From Lytechinus pictus (taxonomy: Eukaryota), in the NCBI RefSeq assembly GCF_037042905.1, contig NW_026974140.1, positions 10,168,001 through 10,232,000 on the forward strand: 64,000 nt of DNA. Reading direction: 5' to 3'. A program made the position numbers and the translations under genes. This document shows, in pieces, positions 38,381 to 50,500 of this stretch. The notes under the pieces were generated by a model. It saw only the letters and a list, made by a program, of their open reading frames with translations. It did no database searches and was not told the DNA's origin. How positions within the stretch are numbered: position 1 is the stretch's first letter; each line of letters opens with the position of its first letter.

Positions 38381-40163
38381 CCCAGGACCAAAATCCAGTT
38401 AAAACCAATTAGGGCAAAACCAATTGAAACCAGTTGGCCAACTGGTTTCAATAGGGAAATTGGAACAACTGGTTCCAATTGAAAACCAGTTGCCAATTGG
38501 TTCCAGTTAAAACCAATTGGTTCCAATTGAAAACCAGTTGCCAATTGGTTCCAGTTAAAACCAATTGGGCAACTAGAACCAGTTGGCAATTGGTTCCAGT
38601 TGTTCCAATTTCCCTATTAAAACCAATTGAATCCAATTGGAGGCAACATGGTTTCAATTGGTTCCAGTTGAAACCAATTGGAGGCAACTGGTTTCAACTG
38701 GAACCAGTTGAAACCAATTGGTTTCCAACTGGATCCAATTGGAACTTCCAGTTGGAATGAACTTAATTAGTTACAAATTAATTAGCATTTGCACTAACTA
38801 TTGCTCATGCCAACACAGAAGCAGTGTTTTTATGTCTATTAATACCAATGTAAAGGGCATTGATTAAATACAGACTTTCATATGTATATATTTATATGGA
38901 AGATCTTCAAATATATGTATTTTTATTTGATGTAATTTGGTAACAGTTAGTGGTGTACTAATTATCCTTTAATCTGTTTTAATTATAATCTATAACATTT
39001 ATGAACATGGTTTTCACTGCTAAGTATTCTAAATACTTATCTTTAAAAAGTGTGGTACTTGAAATTGAAAAGAATTAAATAGATACATTGTTAATGATGA
39101 TGAATCTCATAAAACATTAATCTGTGCACACTGGCAGATAATATGCAAATTAACTGGTTTCAATTGGATCCAGTTGGGTAACTGGAAAATTTCCAATTGG
39201 AAACCAATTGGAAATAATTTCCAGTTACCCAACTGGTTCCAGTTTTATTTCCAGTTACCCAACTGGTTCCAATTAGAATTCATTTCCAGTTACCCATCTT
39301 TCCAGTTAGAAGTCACCCAATTGGTACCAGTTAGGATTTCCAGTTACACAACTGCATGGTTCAAGTTGGAAATCATTTCCAGTTGGAAGTCATTTCCAGT
39401 TACCCAACTGGTTCCAGTTAGGATTTACAGTTGCCCAACTGGTTCCAGTTGGGATTTCCAGTTAGAAATAATTTCCAGTTGGAAGTCATGTCCAGTTACC
39501 CAACTGGTTCCAGTTAGGATTTCCAGTTGCCCAACTGGTTCCAGTTGGGATTTCCAGTTAGAAATCATTTCCAGTTGGAAGTCATTTCCAGTTACCCAAC
39601 TGGTTCCAGTTAGGATTTCCAGTTGCCCAACTGGTTCCAGTTGGGATTTCCAGTTAGAAATCATTTCCAGTTGGAAGTCATTTCCAGTTACCCAACTGGT
39701 TCCAGTTAGGATTTCCAGTTGCCCAACTGGTTCCAGTTGGGATTTCCTGTTAGAAATCATTTCCAGTTGGAAGTCATTTCCAGTTACCCAACTGGTTCCA
39801 GTTAGGATTTCCAGTTGCCCAACTGGTTCCAGTTGGGATTTCCAGTTAGAAATCATTTCCAGTTGCAAGTCATTTCCAGTTACCCAACTGGTTCCAGTTA
39901 GGATTTCCAGTTGCCCAACTGGTTCCAGTTGGGATTTCCAGTAACTCAACTGGTTCCAGTTAGAAATCATTTCCAATTGGAAGTCATTTCCAGTTACCCA
40001 ACTGGTTCCAGTTAGGATTTCCAGTTGCCCAACTGGTTTCAATTGGTTTCAACTGGAAATTGTTAAATTCCAGTTGAAACCAATTGAAACCAGTTGAAAC
40101 CAATTGAAACCAATTGAAACCAGTTGGAAATCCAACTGGTTTCAATTGGATTTTGGTCCTGGG
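38381..40163. mobile_element. EnSpm/CMC-like non-autonomous element filled with ccagttgg/ccaactgg arrays and a 96-bp tandem repeat
   Basis: at|CCCAGGACCAAAATCCA...TGGATTTTGGTCCTGGG|at (2-bp TSD). The 96-bp period is visible at 39461, 39557 and 39653. Confidence 0.85.
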
Positions 40164-40586
40164 ATCAAATTCAATTCAAAGAAGGCTTCTTTTTCGTCTC
40201 TAATACCCTTATCAGCTCGAATTCAATTGACTTGCTGTGATTAAAAAAAGAAGAAATTGTGTGCGCACAAAAATGGGAAAATGTTGAGGAATTTGAAATA
40301 ATCCCTCTTCCGGCGCTTCGCGCGGGAGTTAAAAAGTTTTATTAAATAAATTGAGAACAGAAAAGGCCATTCATTGAGTTGCACACAATGCCGGCTTTGG
40401 TATAAAATGCTGACCTTGTTCAAATCAGATTTGATCGCAGTTTTGTTAGCCACATTACTTATCTTTAATTCGCAAAACAGACTCGGATGTGCAGGGAGAA
40501 GGCTTTCAGCGAATAGCGTTGAAACTCTGAAATTTCGAAACTTCTCTGAAACCTTAACCTGCTATAAGTCATTGGATTTTTCTTAA

Positions 40587-41179
40587 AGGGGAATCCAGCC
40601 TTGGCCATTAAATGTTGTGTTGGGAAGGAGAAAATAAATTAAACAGAATGGTGAAAGTTTGAAAGAAATCGGACAAGCAATAAGAAAGTTATAGCTGTTT
40701 TAAAATTTAGATCACTAATACTATGTAGATTTCAAATTGGCAACTGGGGATGTAAATTATGACAAGGGGCAAGGACAACTTTCCCATAGGCCATGTACTT
40801 TATTATCAGGGATTTGTGGTTTTCTCCTTAGTACCCATTCCCCTGGGGCAGTAATCTAAATATAACTCAGGTAGTATATTGTTTTATGTGCTCTTGAAAG
40901 AAAAATATAATTTGAAATAAAACTTTTAGGAAAAAAGAAATTTTAGTCATAATATGTATTGGAGTACATGAAAGAGTAGTCCTTGCCTTACATCACTATG
41001 ACATCCCATATGCGGCCAATTTGAAGTCTCCATGGGTATAGTGATTACCAATATTTACAACTTTAAAAAATTCATATTTTTCTTGTTGTTTGTCCAATAT
41101 TGTTCAAACTTTCACCTATCAACTTGTCCGATTTTTCTTTTCCTTATAAAACAAGTTTTCATTTGGGTTGGATTCCCCT
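40587..41179. mobile_element. Kolobok-type MITE
   Basis: ttaa|AGGGGAATCCA...TGGATTCCCCT|ttaa. Confidence 0.85.
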
Positions 41180-41292
41180 TTAAGATTATAGTACTCGATT
41201 ACGAAGAAAAAAAAATCAAAATGGGAAAGGGAAAGGGACGATACAAGGAGATGTTTTTTTTCTTATTTCCCATGTACCAAAAGCATTGAAAC

Positions 41293-41532
41293 CAGGGGCG
41301 GATCCAGCGTTTTCCAAAAGGGGGGGGGCATTTTGAGAAAAAAAAATTGAAAAGGAAAAAAAAGAGGTTAAAAAAGGTACATTAATTTTCGTCCACAAAA
41401 AGCCCCTCACATTCAAAGGGGGTTCACACTTGTGTTTTAACGGCAATTTTACATTACAAATTTTAATTGTGCCTCTCAAGGGGGGATGAGCCGGCTGTGC
41501 CCCCCCCCCCCCCCCCCGTGGATCCGTCAGTG
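41293..41532. mobile_element. hAT-type MITE
   Basis: Perfect 8-bp TSD attgaaac; termini caggggcggatcca...tggatccgtcagtg. Confidence 0.85.
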
Positions 41533-42490
41533 ATTGAAACCTAGCTCTGTGATTTATTTTGAAAAAAAGGAGAGAAATATATGTGCTTCCTTTTGTATGA
41601 TTAACTTGAGTGATATTCAAACTTTCAAATCAATGGCGCAAAAGAGGATAGCAGATGAATGTGTAGCGATATGAAATAAGGTTTCAGCTATATTATACTT
41701 TTGCATACAGCACGGCACGAATTTTGTGCCTGCCCCTTACGTGCCAAAAAAGTTGCTTGCTGAAAAGAAGAAATTGCATATGGGGACTCGCCGGGAGTGG
41801 CGGTAGTGTTTACTCACTCCGACCAGAAGAACGGAAATTTTGTATCAATACGATTTAAAAATTAGGCCTACTTTTCATCATTAACACCATTGTATACTTA
41901 ATGATCTCTTGCAAGAAATACATGTGTCCCATAGTCGAGGAGAGGAAAATGGTGCGGGGAAACAAAGGGGAAACGCAATATTGATATTTTTCCCGCGNNN
42001 NNNNNNNNNNNNNNNNNNNNNNNNNNNNNNNNNNNNNNNNNNNNNNNNNNNNNNNNNNNNNNNNNNNNNNNNNNNNNNNNNNNNNNNNNNNNNNNNNNNN
42101 NNNNNNNNNNNNNNNNNNNNNNNNNNNNNNNGAAATAGAGCTATACCAAGCTTACTTGTAGTTAAACCACGTAGGACAGCTGAGTGGGTATATTTGCGAC
42201 CTCCTTCCATAATTTTGCATGCGATAGTGGGGTAGGCTTAAGAGGAGAGAGGGGAAAGAAGAAAAATATGGAGTATTATATCAGTCTATTAGCCACAGCC
42301 CCACACCGACACTGGTAGCATTTGGATTATAATTAGACAAAGTAATTATCAATCAAGCGAATGGGCCTATAAAGCTAGGAGCTAGATAAGATAAGATTGA
42401 ATGTATTTATACACGATTAAAAAGCCCAAACAGTTCACAAACTGATTTCCATTAGGGCCGTGTGGAACATGATATACAATTGACATAGTA

Positions 42491-43680
42491 CCCAGAAGGA
42501 AAAACCAGTTCCACTGGACCAGTTAGACCAGTAGAATTTTAACTGGTAACTCTGGAAATTGGAACATCGGTTTACTGGTCTAACTGGTCATACTGGTCCA
42601 GTTAAAATTGTACTGGTCCAGTTAAAAATTAAACTGGTCTTGAATTGCAACTGGAATTTTATACTGGTCTTGTTTCTGGAGTTTGTCACTGGTCTTCAAA
42701 CTGGTATCTAACTCAAGCTGGTAATACTGGTGTATTTCCTACTAGTCTGACTGGTCCTCCAACTGGTCAAACTGGTCCTTCAACTGGTCTTACTGGATCA
42801 ATTTACTACATGTATTTAGTTTGTTATATACCATGGTCAGTGAAATGTGGTGGAAAAGACGGTTAGTAAATTAATCTTTCTGCTGTAATTTTAAATGTGT
42901 TATGTGAAATTACACATTTTCATTGTGAAATAGTTCACACAATTATTTAGAAAGTTTTGAAACAACAATGAGTGCCATTGCAATGATATTCTTTTCTAAA
43001 TCCTGATTTTTCTTTAAAAAATAGGAAATATGCAAATGAGGTAAACCACGTGATCAGCATCACAAGAATTACTGGTATTACTGGTCTTGGTCTTGGTTGT
43101 AAATTCAATTTCAAACAATAAATGGAATTACTTTTGACCAGTTGACTATATCAGAGGAATATATCTTTGATCTTGATAATTATTATGATAATATTAATAC
43201 TAATGATGATTATAATAATAATGATAAAAATAATAATAATAATAATAGTAATACAATAACTAATAATATCATTAATAAGAATGATGACAATGAACATAAT
43301 AATAATAATATTGATAATAATGATAATAATAATAATAATGATAATAATAATAATAATAATAAACAATATTAATAATAATAATAATAAGAATAAGAAGAAG
43401 AAGAATGATTATGATAAATGATAACGATAATAACTTTCTCTGAATTGCAAGATTCATTTTCCATAATTCGTCAAACGAATTTGACTTGAAATAAAGTCAT
43501 TATTTTAATTGGACCAGTCACACCAGTTTGATGAAAAACAAATTAACTGGTATTACTACTTTGCTTCAATTGGAAGACAATTGTGGGAACTGGAGACTCC
43601 AGTTGATTTTTACTAGTCCAGTTAAAAATCAAATGGCCCAGTAAAAAAAATTACTGGTCTTACTGGTTTTTCCTTCTGGG
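42491..43680. mobile_element. EnSpm/CMC-like non-autonomous element with actggt subterminal repeats and an internal (TAA)n microsatellite
   Basis: ta|CCCAGAAGGAAAAACCAGT...ACTGGTTTTTCCTTCTGGG|ta, a 19-bp perfect TIR; (TAA)n at ~43175-43430. Confidence 0.85.
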
Positions 43681-44469
43681 TAAACATTTAAAAACCAATG
43701 TTTAACGAACAACATATTTGAAAAAAATATGTTAACATAAACAGAAGCATTAATGAAATATTACAAAGGAATCATAGAAAGATGAAGAGGAGGGGAGGAG
43801 AAGAAAAAAGGGAAGAAGAAGGAGGAAAAGGGAGAAGAAGCAAAAGACAACGGAGAAGAAAACAGAAGAAGAAAGAAGAAGAAAAATAATGATAATAAGA
43901 AGAAGACGAAGAAATGATATACCGTTCTCAAAAACATCAATGATATACAAAATTAAATATCTATTGGGTAATTCGAACAAAGCAGTGCTTACAAGGTAAT
44001 AGTAAATGTGAACATGGAAAAGTAAAATGTCAAAGTAAATTCATGTTTCTTAATGGACAATCGAGTACATGAAAATTAATACAAGATTTATTAATGGTAA
44101 AAGCTAAATACATAAAAATGACTAGAAAATTTATGATAACTAAACATGCACTGAACATATAAAGCATTAAAAACTTGGTTGATACTGAAGCTTGCCATAT
44201 ATAAAGCAAAACCTATTAATGCATGTGCTGATGGGAGTAATTGATAGAAATTGTCTGTTGATGTTTGATGAAAACAATTAAACAGAATAATAGTCGTTTT
44301 GTGATCCACATCACAAAGATAATCTCTTAAGACCCGCCTTAATACTCGAAATACTGCGTGAATTAATTCCAATCTAGCCCAACAGAGCTGAGAAACGTAT
44401 AAAAAATGTAATTAGACGATTTGTTGCCTCGATCGTTTCTCTTTTATTTTTCATTTTTTATTCGTCGTT

Positions 44470-44544
44470 TCAATTTCATGCTACCGTAGACGTCTACAAC
44501 AGCAAAACCAAGCCAAGCCAAAGCAAAGCCAGGGAATTAACAAT
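44470..44544 (+). other. WBP4: WBP4 candidate exon 1 (5' UTR plus the AT of the split start codon)
   Basis: ttaacaAT|gtaagt at 44543-44550 supplies the AT needed by exon 2, which begins G-GCT-GAT. The 5' boundary is approximate. Confidence 0.7.
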
Positions 44545-47500
44545 GTAAGTTCATCGATTTGTATATTTATTTACTGCTGGAGTGTGTTTGGTGTAATAGT
44601 TACAGTCAATGAATAGTCATGAAAATAACAAGAGTAACTTTCGAATTACATTTCATGTTTAAATGCTTTGAAATACATCTGTTATCTGTGGTGAATCCTA
44701 CTTCAGTCCCGTATATTTTTATTTGGTGTATGCCAAGCCAAGGGCCTATCCTAGGCCTACCTCTCTCTAGCTCTCTCCTGTGACTTTTCCGCGGACTTTG
44801 CTTGGCAGTACAGTACGGTACAGAATTTGGTACGCGCGCACCTGCCTCAGGTGATGTTCGTGTAGGCTCCACTCCACTTCAATACCACTACGCAGTCACA
44901 GAGTGACCAGATTTCACAAAATGATAGTGAAAATGATATAGGCCTAGGCCTAGGGGGCAATCGACAAAGGTCAAAGCACGCTGCACCGTGACGAGCGGAT
45001 ATAATAATTATTCAAGTTAATTTTAAAAAAGAGCAACAAAGAAGGCTACACAGTGTTAGACTTTTGAAAAAATATATAAAGAATTGGAAGGGAGGTTGAA
45101 CGAAAGAATGAAGGAGAGAATGAAAAAAAAACGAAAGAAAAGAGATGAATTGAGAAGATAGGAAAAAAATGAAGGGGAAAAAAAATTTATAGAAATTTAG
45201 AATAAAAGAAGGATGAAAGAAAGAATAAAAGAGAGAAAAAAACATTTCAGTCATTCTTTGAAATGAACATAGGAAGAAAGAAAATGAAAGGAAGGGAAGA
45301 TGAATAAATGTGTGAAAGACGAAATAAAGGAGAGAAAGGAAACAAGAAAGTAAGAAAAAAAGAAGGAGGTAAGAAAGAAACAAAGAAAAACAGGAAAGGA
45401 GGGAAAGAAAAAATAGGGAAAAGAAATAGAAGGAAAAAATAAAATAAAGAATGGAAAAAAAAAGAAAGGAGGAAAGAATGAAGGGAGGAGAGAATGAAAA
45501 AAAGAGAAAATAATGGAAGGAGAGAAAGAATGAAAAGAAAATGGAGAGGAAGGGAGAAGGAAGCATAGACAATTTTAAGGAAAGAAAGAATGAAGGAAAT
45601 AAAAAAGGAAATTTAAGGAAAGTTAGAGAAATAAGGAAAGAAAGAAAAATGAACACATTCTTCAAATCCTTCAGAAAGGAACAGGAAATAAAGATAGATG
45701 GAACAAAAAATGGCAAGCAGGAAGGATAGAAGGATGAAGAAAGAAGGATAGAAGAGAAAGAAAGAGGAAAAACATTCAAACTTTAAGCAAACAAAATAAA
45801 ATCCAATCATCTAACAAAAATCATAATGATATTTGGTGTTTTTTTAATATATTTTTACAGCACTTTTAGAGGGATTGATTTTATATTGCCACTCTTTTGT
45901 GTATGCATGAGTTGTGGTCAGCATCTCTTGAAGTTCTGAAGGGGTGTTCTAATCAAGGCGACATCATCAGCAAGTATGGTGACACCTGAATATCGGTCAT
46001 TGATGGTGCAACCAAGCTGACTGTTTCTCTTGGTGAGTCCATCAATAAAGAGTGTGTAGAGGGTTGGAGAGAGAACTCCTCCCTGCCAAACTCCTTGTTG
46101 GATTTGTATGGTATTTGTGACCTTTCCATCCCAGAAAACTTGGCTTTCCATTCCCTCATACAGGTTCTGGATGATGCGAAGAATATCAGAATCTGGATCA
46201 GAGTTATGAAGTTTGTGAAGTAGACGAGCATGTCAAACCTTGTCGAAGGCTTTCTCTGCATGTAAGAAATAAACGATGGAAGGTCTCTTCATTGCTACAG
46301 AGACTTCTGTGGTGAGTTGTAAGCATAATGCAGTTAGCTGACAGGAGAAACCCTTGCGAGATCCAAACTACAGCTGATCAGAAATATTAATTACAGATGG
46401 AAAGCTGGGTCTCAAGACGAGGTTTAATACAGGTTTCCAGTTGCTTGGAGATTGTGGGTGTTAGTGTGATGCCTTGGTAGTTGCGGCGATCTAGTGGATT
46501 TTTCCCCTAACCTTTATGGAACGGCGAGATGATTCCTGTTTTGAGAGATTTCGGGCAATGCCCACTTTGTAAGATTAAATTCAGGATGAACAGGAGAAAC
46601 CTTTGAGCAACTGTGTCTAGGTGTTTAATATATTCAGAGCTAATGTTGTCAAGACCACTTGCTTTGTTGAGTTTAAGAGAGTTTATAGCATTTTGGAGGT
46701 CAGGATACTTGAGATGCATTTGAAGATGACTTCATGACAATGCAATGGACTTGACTCTCTTGTGGCATCACAATGAGTATCATCTGACAGAGGTAGTGAG
46801 TAGTCCATATTTCTTTCTGAGGAATGTGAGAAGTCACAAGCTAAGTCACTAAAGTACTTGTGCCATCCAAGTATGACTTCTGTGTCTTTGTATGTACATC
46901 CATCATATTCCAAGGTAGTAGTTGCATTCTGTGACTTCTGCCCTTTGCTATTTATCAGGCGATAAAACAGAGATTCATCAAATAGAGAGGCTTGTTCAAC
47001 TTTCTTGTGAAGTTTCATACGATCAACAGCTCTGGCTCTAAGGCATCTTCTGAAAGCTTTCTTCAGATTAAGGTGATCATAATACTGACTACCTGACTTT
47101 ATGCCTGAGTCTGACTGCAAGGATGGCTTCTTGTTGTAAACTTTCCCTACTTCTGAAGTCCATTCAGGTTTGCCCTTTTCTTCTTGGAAAAAGTGATGTG
47201 TGGAAGTGAAAGTGACGTTTTCAGCATTGCTGAGTTGAATTGGTTTAGAATAGTGTCTATATATGAATCACTCTGACAGCAGGATTCTGAGATTGATTGG
47301 AAGAGGAGAGAAGCTGCCCTTTCCGTGGGATAGGTGTATTGATCCAAAATTGTTTGACAATCCACAGAGTGCCACTTGATCTTAATTCTGGATAGGGGTA
47401 CACTACTCTGACTTCCTCTGGCTGTGCTACTTCTTACTGTTTGAGATTGTAGTGAGCAAGTCGTGATGACCAGAAGATGATCAGAAGTGTTGATCAAAAC

Positions 47501-50500
47501 ATCCCCTGTTATTCTAGTAGTTTAGTACAATGGGAGATCAGCAGCTGGAATAAGGAAGCCATTTCTGCCTTCCATCATCTAAACCCTATTATACCGTCAT
47601 TATACGTCAGTCATGTCGGTGCCGTATTGGAGCCCATTCAGTCCTTCCCATTTTGAGCTCGTTACAGGTAAAGATGGTCGCAGGCAAAATGTATTACCGG
47701 TACTTTAAATGTATTACTTTGCCTTGATCTTGAAGGCCCATGTCTTTGGTACCTGTAAGCTTGTATCTATAGGTATTGTATAAATTTAAATCCAATAATC
47801 CAATACCATTAACCCTGTAGGTTTGAATTACCTTCATTTTAATATGCACTGTATAAGATAAATCATTTCATTCCTGATTACTTTTTTTTCATTGCACTTT
47901 TGCAATCTTTACTGCCCATTAACATCAAATTTCTTCACTTGTTTTTAAAATAAACCACATCATAATTTCCCCTTCCATACTATAGGATAAGCATGCATCA
48001 ATTTCATGTTTCTAAATTTTTTATTTCTCTTTTTTTAGGGCTGATTATTGGAAGTCAAATCCAAGAAAGTTTTGTGACTTTTGCCAGTGTTGGTTTGCAG
48101 ACAACAAATCGGTAAGTAATGGAGCAATTTTCAAAATGAGTAGGATATACATGTATGTCTATGAAGCCATTCAAAGAATTTATGACAAAACAGAATTTTC
48201 ATATTAGATCAAGTTTGAAATGGCATTGCAGGTTTTCAAAAACAGTAAATCACTGTCCGAACAGAACATCTTGCTGAATCGTGTGGAAACGTAATGATGT
48301 TATTCATTTTGACTTCAGAGTAAAGAGTTTCACGAGAGGGGTAAGCGGCACAAGGAGAATGTGGAGAAGAAGATTGCAGAGCTGCGTAAGAAAGGGCAGA
48401 AGCAGTATGAAACCCAGCAACAACTCAGCGGCTTCATGAAACAGATAGAGGAGGTATGTATCGACAGTTATCAATATGTCAACATTTGCTGGTAATAGCA
48501 ATTTGTACCTGAGGGGAGAATGTCTGACAGAATTATCTTTCTTTAATATTCATAAGTCATGTATAGTACAAGTGGGTTTGGATGCTATCTTTATGAAAAT
48601 ATCTTATTAGTGGTCGGGGACCTCTATTAGTATGCCTAAAAAAAGCTAATGTACATATTGACAGAGCAACACATGTGGCTCATTGCATTACCCTTTGAAA
48701 GTATGTTTGTTCTTCTTTGAAAGCAGTGTTAGCAATTTTCCGGTAAATTTCCCACCCAGGTGAGAAATCCTGGAAAAAGCCTTTAAAATTAAATGTACAG
48801 GGAGATACAGGGACATGTTACAATATGCTTGAGAAATGCTGGACAATACCTCAAAATATTCAGGAAGTATATTTTATAGTATTTCTACCTATTTCCCTTT
48901 TCCCCCAAATTGTATCGTGGGGATATTACACAGTATATGCCACCAGTTTTCCCCACTAAGGCAAACCCTTTTTGCTTGATGAAAGAGAAATTTATTTGGG
49001 TGTGTAAACTGTCTATTAATGCTTTCTTGTCTCTTTGGGTTATTCTACTTACAGTTAATCAGTAAATGCAGACTACAAGATCTCTACATCTTTTTTATGA
49101 CAAGTATCATGGTTTATTTCTTGTTATACTTTTAGTTCAGAGGGTAATACTATATTAGTACATGGATGTCTGTATCAGCCCAGGAATCTGAATTTCCCAA
49201 GTGCTGAAATATTTACAGGGAGTAAATTTCCTGGTATTGCACAACAATTTTCTCCATATGCTTTAGGACTACCACACAACATTTCCTCTGTGTAGCATTT
49301 TTTTTTACATAGGACTGTACAGAACCTACATGTAGTTGAAAGCTTTTTCTCTAACAACCATAAGTGCTATTACATCAAATTTGAGAAGTAAAATTATTCG
49401 CTGTATTCAGGGTTTGTTTCTGGATTATGACATTGTTTGTTTTTTGCAGGATGCTATGAAAGCTTTCAAGAAGGATGTGGCATCTAATCCTGACCTGATA
49501 CCAGAGTATAAGGTGGCTCTGGTAGAAAACAGCGTACGACAACAGCAAGAGCAGGGTACTAACATGCTACTTAACACTTGTTCTTAGTTATGGTATCGAT
49601 TTTATTTGTCTTGAATATTATATTTTACTGTACAGAACCTTTGCTTTGTTCTTTTGATGCTTCCCATTTCATGTTCATATTGTTGCATGTACTGTAAATA
49701 GCTTTTATACAATCTTAGCCTTTTCCTCTTTACTTGTATCATATCTTTGTTTCTTTTTTTCTGTACTTTTTGTGATTTTGTTATTGTTTTTATATGCTTA
49801 ATGTAATTTAATGGACTTGAATAAATTGAAAATTAAAAATAAGTTTAAAAAATAAATCCCCCAAAATTCTTGTCACCATTCCTTTTCATATTTATTGTAG
49901 ATATGAATGTGTATACCCTATAAAAACAGTTACGATGCAGAGAATGTAAAATAAATATTCCTTCACATGGTAAATTTTGGTATAAGTAGATGAAGTGAAA
50001 ATTAGACCGTATGGTCATGAGAATGAATAAGAATTAGAATAAGTGGATATTAGTGTAGTCTACACCAAACTGAAAGTCAACCATATGGGTTTAATTAGAC
50101 TATCTGAGAATTTGACCAACAGCTTGTAGATCAAGTAAATTTAAACCACTAAAATATCTGCATTTTTAAAACATTTATTTGTGAGCATTTCTCAAACATG
50201 AAAGGATCTTAAAATTACAGGATGTGACCTTTCTGTGTAGCTTTCTTATATCACTAAATTTGTAGGTACTTGCTCAAAAGCTCCTTGATAAATTCTAAAG
50301 AAAATATTAATTGCAGCAGAATTTATCCACAAATTACATGAATGTCTAAGCCCATGAATGGATAAGAGCAGTCTATCCAGAGAGTAGTTGATAGTAGACC
50401 AGGGGGAGTGTTTCACAAAGATTTAAGTATGACTTACATGTAAGTCACACTTAAATGCTGACGCGTACATGATATGCAATGTGCAATCTTATTGATCAAT

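Noticed and set aside
39174-40042. 256-aa and 205-aa ORFs
   Set aside because: They are products of a 96-bp (multiple of 3) tandem repeat inside a non-autonomous transposon.
41780-41997. Possible minus-strand first exon (donor GA|GTGAGT near 41817) of a gene divergent from WBP4
   Set aside because: No downstream coding exons were recognised, and it is adjacent to an assembly gap.
47600-47670. ATG...CAG|gtaaag as WBP4 exon 1
   Set aside because: It does not supply the AT needed for the conserved MADYW start, whereas 44543-44544 does.
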